A stretch of DNA of 64,000 bases from an uncultured Actinomycetota bacterium (lineage in GTDB: Bacteria; Actinomycetota; Thermoleophilia; Gaiellales; Gaiellaceae): positions 34,141 through 98,140 of the forward strand of contig CAVXKB010000013.1 in assembly GCA_963762215.1 (NCBI GenBank). The letters are read 5' to 3'. Positions within the stretch are counted from its first letter, which is position 1, and every line of letters starts with the position of its first letter. Below, piece after piece: positions 53,424-62,507 of this stretch. The position numbers and the translations under genes are program-made. The notes beneath the pieces were generated by a model. It did not search any database, was not told the DNA's origin, and worked only from the letters and a program-made list of their open reading frames with translations.

Positions 53424-54263
53424 TCAGGAAACCGTGAAGACGTGCTTGCCCGACGGCGTGATGAACGTCCACTTGCCGGTGGTCAGCTTCAGGTTGACCG
53501 TGTGCTTGCCGACGAACGAGGCGCTCGTGATCGTGACGGTGGCGTGCGTCGGCTTCTGAACCGCGAAGCCGGTCTTCTTGCTGCCGTCGAGCACCGAGAT
53601 CTTGTACGTCCCGGTCTTGAGCGCCGTGACGGTCTTCCCCTTGAAGGTGAAGGTCACGCCGCCGCCGGAAGTGATCGTCGCGGCCAGAGTCCCCGCAGTC
53701 TTGATGCCGGTGCTGAGGCCGCCGCCGTTCGAGGTCGTTCCGCCGCCACCGTTCGAGGTCGTCCCGCCGCCGCCGCTCGAGGTTGTCCCGCCGCCGCCGC
53801 TCGAGGTGCCTCCGCCGCCGGCTGCCGTCCCGGACGTCTGGAACGTGCCCCACATGAAGTCGGGGTGATTGTCGCACTGGAACCTGTAGCTCTGTCCCGG
53901 CTGGAGCGTCACGGACCAGGTCGGTGTCGACACACCACCGATGTCCGTCGACTGGTCGACCCCGGGCCCGGAAAGGTGGAAGTTGTGCTCGGTCGCGTCG
54001 TCGAGCACGCTGATCGAGTACGTGCCGGGCGGGATGACGAGCGGCACTGCCGTCTGGCCGCCGACCGCGGAGCCGTCGGCGAACTTGAGCCCGATCGAGT
54101 CGTCCTCGTGGACGAACGCGTTCATGTTCTGCGAGACAGCCGCATGCCCCCGACCGGCGATCACCAGGCCTGCCGTCAATCCGAGAACGACGACGCTCGC
54201 AAACAAGGCTACAAGGCTGTTTCCCGGGATTCTGCGCTGGATCGACGACATATTTGCTGACAC
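53424..54263 (-). CDS. Secreted tandem cupredoxin-like protein, family C (C5), with intact type-1 copper ligand set
   Basis: Anchor/signal LVALFASVVVLGLTAGLVIAG. TEHNFHLSGPGVD...SYRFQCDNHPDFMWGTF (Cys-x2-His-x4-Met at 53853-53876). Gly-rich repeat linker. C-domain GTYKISVLDGSKKTGFAV...TGKWTFITPSGKHVFTVS. Confidence 0.75.
   Translation of the reverse strand: MSANMSSIQRRIPGNSLVALFASVVVLGLTAGLVIAGRGHAAVSQNMNAFVHEDDSIGLKFADGSAVGGQTAVPLVIPPGTYSISVLDDATEHNFHLSGPGVDQSTDIGGVSTPTWSVTLQPGQSYRFQCDNHPDFMWGTFQTSGTAAGGGGTSSGGGGTTSSGGGGTTSNGGGGTTSNGGGLSTGIKTAGTLAATITSGGGVTFTFKGKTVTALKTGTYKISVLDGSKKTGFAVQKPTHATVTITSASFVGKHTVNLKLTTGKWTFITPSGKHVFTVS
53718..53813 (-). repeat. Four tandem 24-nt units inside the C5 linker
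   Basis: On the + strand: GCCGCCGCCGTTCGAGGTCGTTCC / GCCGCCACCGTTCGAGGTCGTCCC / GCCGCCGCCGCTCGAGGTTGTCCC / GCCGCCGCCGCTCGAGGTGCCTCC. These encode GGGGT(T/S)S(S/N) units on the - strand. Confidence 0.85.
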
Positions 54264-54392
54264 GGCCGCACTCGCTCCTGCTCTGCCTACCTACGTGAGG
54301 GTACTCCGGTACTACGCCGCCAGGCGAGTTTTGGATTCCGCTCGAGCAGGTTCGGGGCTTGTTCGATCGCCGTCTCCTTGTACGATCGCACG

Positions 54393-54965
54393 ATGAAGGC
54401 CACCGTTGTCTGCATCTCCCACACCGACGGCGCCCAGGGCCTCGATGTCGGCGAGGCCGTTGCCGACCGGCTCGGCTTCAGGCTCGCCGACGACGCGATC
54501 ATCCTCGACGCTGCCCGGACCGAGCACCTGCTCCCCGAATCGGTCTCCCGGGCCGAGAGCCCGGGCGCCGGCAGGACGCTGGAGGTCGATTTCGGGCGGT
54601 TCGAGAAGACCGAGTCGATCCGCGACCTGATTCGCGTCGCGGTCATCCGGACAGCCGACGAGGGGTCTGTCGTGATCGTCTCGCACGCGGCGTCGTATGC
54701 GCTGGCCAAGCGCGACGGGGTGCTACGGGTGATGGTCACGGCCTCGGACGAGACGCGAACGGGCCGGATCGCCGAGACCGTCGGCATCGACGAGAAGAAG
54801 GCCGCCAAGCGGCTCGACGAGTCCGACAAGGCGCGCGCCGATTACCTGCACCGCTTCTACGGCGTCAAGAACGAGCTGCCGACGGACTACGACCTCGTGA
54901 TCAGCACGGACAAGCTCTCAACCGACGAGGCCGCCGCGGTCGTCGCCGGCGCCGCGGCCGCATAG
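54393..54965 (+). CDS. Cytidylate kinase-like family protein
   Basis: MKATVVCISHTDGAQGLDVGEAVADRLGF ... KARADYLHRFYGVKNELPTDYDLVISTDKLS is the typical layout of the cytidylate-kinase-like (non-Cmk) family. Confidence 0.65.
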   Translation: MKATVVCISHTDGAQGLDVGEAVADRLGFRLADDAIILDAARTEHLLPESVSRAESPGAGRTLEVDFGRFEKTESIRDLIRVAVIRTADEGSVVIVSHAASYALAKRDGVLRVMVTASDETRTGRIAETVGIDEKKAAKRLDESDKARADYLHRFYGVKNELPTDYDLVISTDKLSTDEAAAVVAGAAAA

Positions 54966-54972
54966 GCTCGCG

Positions 54973-57900
54973 ATGATCACCTGCTCGGCCTGCGGAGGCG
55001 AGGTTCCGGACCAGTTCCGGTTCTGCGGCTGGTGCGGTGTGGCGCTCGTAGCGGCGGAGCCGGCCGGCCCCTCCCACGAGACGCTCAGGTCGGTCACGAT
55101 CGTCTTCTCCGACCTCAAGGGCTCGACGAGCCTCGGCGAGCAACTCGACTCCGAGGCGCTCCGGGAGGTGATGACGCGGTACTTCGACGAGATGAGCCTG
55201 GCGCTCGAGAAGCACGGCGGCACGATCGAGAAGTTCATCGGCGACGCGATCATGGCCGTGTTCGGGATGCCGATCGCGCACGAGGACGACGCGCTTCGGG
55301 CGGTTCGCGCCGCGCACGAGATGAAGGAACGGCTCGCCGTCCTCAACGTCGAGCTCGAGCAGCGCTACGGCGTGACGCTCGCCAACAGGACCGGCGTCAA
55401 CACCGGGCCCGTCATTGCGTCCGGCGAGACCGCCTCACGGCAGCGGCTCGTGACGGGCGACACGGTCAACGTCGCGGCCCGCCTCGAGCAAGCGGCGCCG
55501 GCCTACGAGGTGCTGATCGGCGAGGCGACCTACCGGCTCGTGCGAGACGCTGTCGAGGTCGAGGTGGTCGAGCCGCTCGAGCTGAAGGGCAAGGCTGAGC
55601 GCGTTCCCGCCTACCGGCTGCTCTCGGTCGGCCGGGTCGGCATCCCCGAGCGCCGCCACGATCTGCCGCTCGTGGGCCGGGAGGAGGAGCTCGCCGTCCT
55701 CACGGGCGCCCTCGAGGGCGCAATCGCCGATCGGGCCTGCCGGCTCGTCACGGTCATCGCCGACGCCGGCACCGGGAAATCGCGCCTGCTGGAGGAGCTG
55801 ATGGCCCAGACCGCCGAGCGTGGCGGACGCGCGCTCCGCGGCCGGTGCCTCCCGTACGGGCGGGGCATCACCTTCTGGCCGTTGATCGAGATCGTCCGCG
55901 ATGCCTCCGGCATCGCCGAGGACGACTCGCCGGATACTGCGCTGGCAAAGGTCGGCACCCTCGCCGGAGATCCGGACGTCGCCGCGCGCGTCGCGGCGGC
56001 AATCGGCCTGTCCGGCGAGCGCTTCCCGCTCGACGAGCTCTTCTGGGGCGCGCGCAAGCTGCTGGAGAACGTCGCGGCCGAGCAGCCGCTCGTTGCGGTG
56101 TTCGAGGATGTCCACTGGGCGGAGACGGGGCTGCTCGACCTGCTCGACCACATCGCCACGGCGACGGCAGGGGTCCCTCTCGTCGTCATCTGCACGGCCC
56201 GCCCGGAGCTCGCGGAGCGCCACCCCGACTGGCCGGAGATCGAGGGAGCCGCCGAGCTTCAACTCGGCCCGCTCAGTGACGATGCCGTGGGCCGCCTGGT
56301 CGCCGACGTGCTCGCCGGCGAGCCTCCGGCGGACGCGCTCGCCGAGATCGCCAAGGCCGCCGAGGGCAACCCGCTCTTCGTCGAGCAGGTGACGACGATG
56401 CTCGTCGACGAGGGAGCGCTCCGGCAGGTGGACGGCGCGTGGGTCGCGACCGCCGACTTCTCGGCGGGCGTCGCGCTTCCGGCCTCGATCGACGCGCTGC
56501 TCGCTGCCCGCCTCGACCTCCTGCCGAACGACGAGCTCCTCGTCGCCGAATCGGCGTCCGTGATCGGCCTCACCTTCGCCACCGAGCCGGTCGGCGAGCT
56601 CCTTCCCGACGCAGCCGGAGAGATCGACGAGCGGCTCGCCCGGATCGAGGCACGCCGGCTCGTCCACCGGGTCGTAATGGACGCGACCGACATGTTCCGC
56701 TTCCAGCACATCCTCGTCCGTGACTCGGCCTACAACCGTGTCCCCAAGCGAACACGGTCGGGCCTCCATTCGCGGTTCGCCAACTGGGCCGAGCGCGTCA
56801 ACCGCGAACGCGGCCGCGAGCTCGAGTTCCAGGAGATCGTCGGCTACCACCTGGAGCAGGCGCGGCGCTACCTGCTCGAGCTTGCCCCGCTCGACGACGA
56901 GGGACGCGAGCTCGGCCGCCGCGCGGCAGGGCACCTCGGCCCAGCGGGTCGCCGAGCCTTCGCGCGCGGAGACATGCCGGCAGCGTCGAGCCTCCTTCGC
57001 CGGACGGTCGATCTCCTGCCGGAGGGGTCACGCGAGCGCACAGAGTTGCTTCCGGACCTCGGCGAGGCTCTGATGCAGATCGGGGAGTTCGACCAGGCCG
57101 AGATCTATCTCGACGAGGCAACGGCATCTGCCGTTGCGCTCGGCGATACGGCACTCGAGGCCGACGCCATCCTCACGCGGCTACTCGTGACCCAGCACAC
57201 GACAGAAGACCTCGACGCCCTTCGCGCCGAGGTCCAATCTGAGACGGATCGATGGATCCCACTGTTGGAGGAGATCGACGCGCCGGCGGCTCTCGCGAAG
57301 GCGTGGCGTATGGTTGCGTTCGTTCACGGCACGGTGTGCCGGTGGCAGGAGACCGCGGACGCGCTCGAGCGTGCAATCCACTACGCTCGTATCGCAGGCG
57401 ACGCGCGCCAAACCGCCCGCCTCTCGGGCTCATATGTGATGGCGCTGAGCGAGGGACCAACACCTGCTCCCGAGGCGATCGCGCGGGCTGAAGAGGCACT
57501 CCGCCTCGGGCTCGTCGACCGTCAGGCCCATGCGCTCGTCCTGCTTCAGCTCGCCCCGCTTCACGCGATGTCGCGGGACTTGGCCCGCGCCCGAGAGCTC
57601 ATCGCTCAAGCCGGCGAGCTCTTGAGAGATCTAGGTGCCACGGTTCTCGCGGCCAGGACGTCAGACGCATCGTCGCGGGTCGAGCTGATGGCCGGTGAGC
57701 CGGAAGAAGCCGAGTCGAAGCTCCGCACCGACTACGACACGCTCACGGCAATGGACGACCACTACTTCCGGCCGAATATCGCTGCGCTCCTCTCGAAGAC
57801 GCTTTACGACCTCGGGCGTTTCGAGGAGGCTGAGTCGCTTCGCCGACATCGCTTCGGAGCTCGCAAGCTCGGACGACATCGAGGCGCGCGCTCTGGTGGG

Positions 57901-58165
57901 GTCGGTGCGCGCACGTCTGCTCGCGTCTCGCGGCTACCCGGCGGAGGCTCGCGAACTGGCACACGAGGTTTGCGATCTGATTCGTGAGACCGATGCGCCG
58001 GTCTTGCGTGCCGATACGCTCGTTGACCTGGCCGAAGCCCTCGAGGCGTCGCCCGAGGAGCGGACAGCAGCGCTGGAGGAGGCACGTGCCCTCTACGCGC
58101 AAAAGCAGCACCTGTTCGGCGTCGCTCGCGTCGAGGCCGAACTCGCGGAGCCTGCCGCGCTGTGA
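54973..58165 (+). CDS. Zinc-ribbon / class III adenylate cyclase / AAA(STAND) ATPase / TPR multidomain protein, frame broken near 57836-57842
   Basis: CSACGGEVPDQFRFCGWCG. Cyclase core TIVFSDLKGSTSLGE...IGDAIMAVFG...NTGPVIAS. P-loop ADAGTGKSRLLEEL. Long helical repeat region. The tail continues in another frame (RFADIASELASSDDIEARALVGSVRARLLAS...ALYAQKQHLFGVARVEAEL, stop 58165). Confidence 0.8.
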
Positions 58166-58221
58166 TGGCGTGCGCGGTCGCAGCGCCGTGGCGCCGCGAC
58201 CACCGAGGTCACTGACAGCCG

Positions 58222-59226
58222 TCAGGCCACGTAGCGGGGGTCGCCGAAGCCGGCACCCTGAACGAGCAGCGTGATGTAGCCCTGGTCGAAGTCGTCATTC
58301 GGGCCGTTGCCCGTATCGGTGGCGATCACCTTGAGGATGCACGAGTGCCACCCTTGAGGGAACTGGTTCCCGGCGTTACAGCGCGGAACGACGAACTTCT
58401 TCCCGGTATCCGGGTAGTAGATCCACAGCGGGTTCGGGTTGTCCATGCTCGGGCGCCTGCCCGCCGGGAGGTTGTCGATCATGCTCTCGTCGGGAAGCGT
58501 CTCGTTCCCGAACGTCAGCTTCACGATCGCGGGCTTCACCAGCTTGGGCAGTCCGACGCTCGCGATATTCGTGTTGTAGCCCTGGCCGCGCGGCGCCGGC
58601 GTGACGGCGACTGAAAGCGGCGTGCACGGCACGTTCAGCGACGGGTCGGCCTTCGGCGGCGCGGGAAGCGCGGTCACCTGGGCGCCGAGGGTCGCCGAGA
58701 TCGGGCGCGGCGTGAGCAGGCAGCTGCCGCGGTTCGCACCGTCGGTCGACGCGAGAACCTGCGCCGAGGCACCCGTGAGGATCGGCTTGGGCCGGCCCGG
58801 TCCGACACGGAGAGCGAACTGGACGTTGACATTCTCGCCCTGCTGAAGGTTGCGGTCGACGACGGCGATCACGCTCGCGTTCTTGCTGGCGCCGCTCGGG
58901 ATGTCGCCGAGGGTGCAGTCGACGTCGACCTTCGAGCCGGGGACCGCCGTGCAGGCCTCGGCGTTCTTGATCGTGAAGCCCTTGGGGAAGTGGAGGCTGA
59001 CGACGACGTTCGGAAGCGGCGCCGCGCCGACGTTGTGGAACGCCGCAACAGCGAGCGCGGGCTGTCCGGCGGACACTGTCCCCGGCACGAGCCGCACCGT
59101 CAAGATCAGGTTCGGACGTGAGTCGGCGGAGGCGCCGACCGGGAGCAGAAGTGCCGCTCCGAGCGCAAATACAACGAGAATTCGGCGTACGGTGAGCACG
59201 CCTTGCCTGCCAGAGCCCGGTTCCAT
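58222..59226 (-). CDS. Secreted protein with DUF11-like (conserved repeat) domain
   Basis: Signal peptide ILVVFALGAALLLPVGASA. LTVRLVPGTVSAGQPALAVAAFHNVGAAPLPNVVVSLHFPKGF...DCTLGDIPSGASKNASV resembles the DUF11/CARDB-type fold. Confidence 0.55.
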   Translation of the reverse strand: MEPGSGRQGVLTVRRILVVFALGAALLLPVGASADSRPNLILTVRLVPGTVSAGQPALAVAAFHNVGAAPLPNVVVSLHFPKGFTIKNAEACTAVPGSKVDVDCTLGDIPSGASKNASVIAVVDRNLQQGENVNVQFALRVGPGRPKPILTGASAQVLASTDGANRGSCLLTPRPISATLGAQVTALPAPPKADPSLNVPCTPLSVAVTPAPRGQGYNTNIASVGLPKLVKPAIVKLTFGNETLPDESMIDNLPAGRRPSMDNPNPLWIYYPDTGKKFVVPRCNAGNQFPQGWHSCILKVIATDTGNGPNDDFDQGYITLLVQGAGFGDPRYVA

Positions 59227-59329
59227 GACGCTACCCCTCTCCCCTTGATTCATAACTGCCCCGTTCCCGGGGCTCAACCCACTTAAAAGCCTAATACAGT
59301 TCGCTGTGAGCGCAAGAGGGAACGGCGAA

Positions 59330-59710
59330 TCAGGATTGATTTGCGGTCTCGCGCCGGAGCCGGTTCGCCATCACGCGCATCACGATCTCGGCGAAGTACG
59401 GCGTCTCCTGCACGAGGAACCAGAATCGGCGCTTGTCGATTCCGACGAGCACCGTGTCGGATTCGGCTACGGCGGAGCCGGATCGAGCCTCACGGTCGAT
59501 GACGGCGATCTCGCCGAACAGGCCGCCGGGGCCGACCGTCTCGACGATGCGGTCGCCGATCGAGAGCGCGACGCTGCCGCTCTGCACGACGTACATGCGG
59601 TCGGCCGGATCGCCCTCGGTGAAGATGACCGTTCCCGCCGCGTGCTCCTCGGGCTCGCCGCTTCTCAGCAGCAGCGCGATATATCGGTCCTGGGTCTCGA
59701 CGTCGGTCAT
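59330..59710 (-). CDS. Stand-alone cyclic-nucleotide-binding domain protein
   Basis: ORF trimmed to MTDVETQDRY. GTVIFTEGDPADRMYVVQSGSVAL...GGLFGEIAVIDREARSGSAVA is the cNMP-binding beta-roll with its phosphate-binding cassette (FGE...R.A). No HTH domain. Confidence 0.8.
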   Translation of the reverse strand: MTDVETQDRYIALLLRSGEPEEHAAGTVIFTEGDPADRMYVVQSGSVALSIGDRIVETVGPGGLFGEIAVIDREARSGSAVAESDTVLVGIDKRRFWFLVQETPYFAEIVMRVMANRLRRETANQS

Positions 59711-59825
59711 GGCTCGGCACCACCTTCTGGAAGGTCGGACAGGCGAAAGCGTAGGCATACGCACAACGGCGTGTGAGTCGAACTGGTGAACGCGACGCGT
59801 CGGTTTGGTTGACGCCGACCCGTCA

Positions 59826-59845
59826 GGGGACAGTCCCCAGACACG
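59826..59845. repeat. 20-nt direct repeat copy 1, containing the palindrome GGGGACAGTCCCC
   Basis: GGGGACAGTCCCCAGACACG. The 6-1-6 perfect palindrome is at 59826-59838. Lies in the divergent intergenic region between the cNMP-binding gene and the DUF1345 gene. Confidence 0.8.
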
Positions 59846-59878
59846 CCCAGACCCGACACGTCCGTTCGAGCCACCACC

Positions 59879-59898
59879 GGGGACAGTCCCCAGACACG
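59879..59898. repeat. 20-nt direct repeat copy 2
   Basis: Identical 20-mer, 53 nt downstream of copy 1 (start to start). It ends 52 nt before ATG 59951. Confidence 0.8.
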
Positions 59899-59950
59899 TC
59901 CACAAAGGCCGCCAAGGGGCCGGGCGCCCGGCGGCGAACTCGTCGGGGTC

Positions 59951-60655
59951 GTGCATGCCGAAGCGACGAGCGGAGCCTCAGCGGCCGCCGAGCCACGCCA
60001 GGACATCGAGCCGCGCTGGCCCGCGGTCGTTTGCATCCTGATCGCGATGGCGCTCTACGTCTCGCTCCCGAGCGAGATCATCTCCGGCTCCCACGCGACC
60101 ACGGTCTTCCGGATCCTCGTGCCATTGCTCGAGCTGGCCCTCCTGATCCCGCTCGCAGTGACGGCGCCGCACCGGCACGTCTACGAGTCGGGAAAGCGGC
60201 GCATGGCCTCGATCGCGCTGACCGCGATCGTGACGCTCGCGAACATCGCGGCGCTCTGCTTCCTGATCCACTTCCTCGTCACCGGCGGCTCCTCGGTGCA
60301 CGGCAAGCAGCTGCTGCTCGGCGGCGCGCAGATCTGGTGGACGAACGTGATCGTGTTCGCGCTCTGGTTCTGGGAGCTCGACGGCGGCGGGCCACCCGCG
60401 CGGCTCCGTGAGCCAAAGGCGGATCGCGACTTCGCGTTCATCCAGATGACCGACCCCGAGGTGTCGAAGAAGCGCTGGCGCCCGCACTTCTTCGACTACT
60501 TCTACGTCTCGTTCACGAACGCGAGCGCGTTCAGCCCGACCGACACGATGCCGCTGACGCGGACCGCCAAGCAGCTGATGCTCATCGAGTCGACGATCTC
60601 GCTGCTCACGCTGCTCCTCGTCGCTGCCCGGGCGGTCAACATCCTCAACGGCTAG
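59951..60655 (+). CDS. DUF1345 domain-containing membrane protein
   Basis: WWTNVIVFALWFWELDGGGP...FAFIQMTDP...FFDYFYVSFTNASAFSPTDTMPLT...LMLIESTISLLTLLLVAARAVN is the characteristic DUF1345 sequence. Confidence 0.8.
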   Translation: MHAEATSGASAAAEPRQDIEPRWPAVVCILIAMALYVSLPSEIISGSHATTVFRILVPLLELALLIPLAVTAPHRHVYESGKRRMASIALTAIVTLANIAALCFLIHFLVTGGSSVHGKQLLLGGAQIWWTNVIVFALWFWELDGGGPPARLREPKADRDFAFIQMTDPEVSKKRWRPHFFDYFYVSFTNASAFSPTDTMPLTRTAKQLMLIESTISLLTLLLVAARAVNILNG

Positions 60656-60705
60656 ACGGACGGTTCCCGGGAAGCCTCGCGCCGCGCATTGCTAGATTCG
60701 CCGCG

Positions 60706-61725
60706 ATGAGGATCGGCATGCTCACGGGCGGCGGCGACTGCCCCGGACTGAACCCGGTGATCCGGGCCGTGTGCCGGCGGCTCTGGGAGGACGGCCACGA
60801 GACGGTCGGCGTCCTGAACGGCTGGCGCGGGATGATCGACGGGAACCTGAAGCCGCTCGGCTGGGACGAGATCTCGGGGATCCTGCCCAAGGGCGGCACG
60901 ATCATCGGCACCTCGCGCACGAACCCGCACAAGCTCGAGGGTGGCGTCGAAGGCGTCAAGAAGACCTTCGAGCAGATCGACGCGCTCGTCGCGATCGGCG
61001 GCGAGGACACGCTCGGCGTCGCGGCCAAGCTCTTCGCCGAGGACGGCCTGCCCGTCGTCGGCGTGCCGAAGACGATCGACAACGATCTCAACGGCACCGA
61101 CTACACCTTCGGCTTCGACACCGCGGTCTACGTCGCGACCGACGCCATCGACCGCTGCCACTCGACCGCCGAGTCGCACAACCGGATCATCGTCGTCGAG
61201 ACGATGGGCCGCCATGCCGGCTGGATCGCGCTGATGAGCGGGATCGCCGGCGGCGCCGACTACATCCTGATCCCGGAGCAGGAGGTGGTCTACGACGATG
61301 TCGCAGCCGCCGTCGAGCGCCGGCGCTCACGCGGGAAGAACTTCTCGGTGATCGTCGCGAGCGAGGGCTCCGAGCTTCCCGGCGTCAGCGACGACGGCGA
61401 GCTCGACGAGTTCGGCCACGCCCGCGTCGAGAACCGCAACGTCGGCGAGACCGTCGCGCAGGAGATCGAGGCCCGCACCGGCATGCAGGCGAGGGCAACC
61501 GTCCTCGGCTACATCCAGCGCGGTGGCAGCCCGACGCCCCGCGACCGCGTGCTCGGGCTCCGCTTCGGGCTCGAGGCAGCCGACCTCGTCGTCGGCGGCA
61601 AGTGGGGCCAGATGGCTGCGCTTCACGGCGACGAGGTTCTCTCGGTGCCGCTCACCGAGGCGACCGCCGAGCTCAAGCTCGTACCGGACTCCTGGTACGA
61701 GACTGCTAAGACCTTTTTTGGCTGA
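60706..61725 (+). CDS. pfkA: 6-phosphofructokinase (actinobacterial PfkA type; phosphoryl donor not assignable here)
   Basis: MRIGMLTGGGDCPGLNPVIRAV, IGGEDTLGVA, VGVPKTIDNDL, VVETMGRHAGWIA and LGYIQRGG motifs. Confidence 0.92.
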   Translation: MRIGMLTGGGDCPGLNPVIRAVCRRLWEDGHETVGVLNGWRGMIDGNLKPLGWDEISGILPKGGTIIGTSRTNPHKLEGGVEGVKKTFEQIDALVAIGGEDTLGVAAKLFAEDGLPVVGVPKTIDNDLNGTDYTFGFDTAVYVATDAIDRCHSTAESHNRIIVVETMGRHAGWIALMSGIAGGADYILIPEQEVVYDDVAAAVERRRSRGKNFSVIVASEGSELPGVSDDGELDEFGHARVENRNVGETVAQEIEARTGMQARATVLGYIQRGGSPTPRDRVLGLRFGLEAADLVVGGKWGQMAALHGDEVLSVPLTEATAELKLVPDSWYETAKTFFG

Positions 61726-61874
61726 GAAGCCGCGCCCGAAGCCGGGCGAGCAGAGACGGCCCCGCGGTCGCGCGCAGCTCCCGTTCACGCTCGAGCTCGC
61801 GTCTCGCGAACGCGCGCTCACGCATGACGCGCGTCGGGTAGGTCGGTTTCCAGTAGACGGGCCGCGGGCGGCGG

Positions 61875-62360
61875 TCAGCCACAGGGCGCGTCGCCGTGCT
61901 CAACGGTGCAATCCTTGCCGCGCAGCGGCAGGCGCCCGAGCAGCTCGGCGAGCGACTCGAGCTCGGCGTCGGAGTAGCGGCCGACGAACAGCTCCTCCAC
62001 TCCACCCAGGTGCGTGGTCGCGGCGTCCTTCAGCTTCTGGTGACCGGTGACGGTCAGCTTGGCGTAGGAGACGCGCAGGTCGGTCGGGCAGGCGTCCTTC
62101 TCGACGTATCCGGCACGCTCGAGCCCGTCGAGGAGCCGCGTGATCCCCGAGGCGGTCAGAACGACCGTCTGGGCGAGGTCGACGCGGCGCATCCGCCCAC
62201 CGTCTGCCCGCGCGAGCATCAACAGCACCTCGTAGTCGTTCAGCGTCAGTCCGTGCTCGTTCAGCAGGTCGGCGTTCAGCTGGCGCGTGATCGCCGAATG
62301 CGCCCTGATGAAGGACACCCAGGCCTGAAGCCGATCGGTGCTGATCACGGTCTGCGACAT
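61875..62360 (-). CDS. MarR family transcriptional regulator
   Basis: Winged-helix core LTLNDYEVLLMLARADGGRMRRVDLAQTVVLTASGITRLLDGLERAGYVEK. 161 aa. Confidence 0.85.
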   Translation of the reverse strand: MSQTVISTDRLQAWVSFIRAHSAITRQLNADLLNEHGLTLNDYEVLLMLARADGGRMRRVDLAQTVVLTASGITRLLDGLERAGYVEKDACPTDLRVSYAKLTVTGHQKLKDAATTHLGGVEELFVGRYSDAELESLAELLGRLPLRGKDCTVEHGDAPCG

Positions 62361-62507
62361 CGCTCACAAAGTGTAACGCGGCAGGCGGCAGAAGCGTTCC
62401 CGTGACCGCTTTGACGCGGTTCTTCCACCGGTACTTATTTGACGTATGAGACTTCCTCATGGTAGAAGTCCATCAAGTCGGTGGACAAACTAGGAGAAGG
62501 GGATTAC

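Noticed and set aside
53700-53830. Possible CRISPR-like or non-coding tandem repeat (also the Gly/Ser-coding repeats near 51960-52060).
   Set aside because: The units are contiguous (no spacers), 24 nt long, in frame, and translate to Gly/Thr/Ser linker repeats inside well-supported ORFs. No cas genes were seen anywhere in the window.
62361-62507. A MarR operator/promoter in the divergent MarR-sulfate SBP intergenic region (inverted repeat ATGAG-acttc-CTCAT, two TTGACG hexamers).
   Set aside because: The inverted repeat is short (5 bp). No -10 hexamer at proper spacing could be paired with either TTGACG. This is not strong enough to report as a feature.
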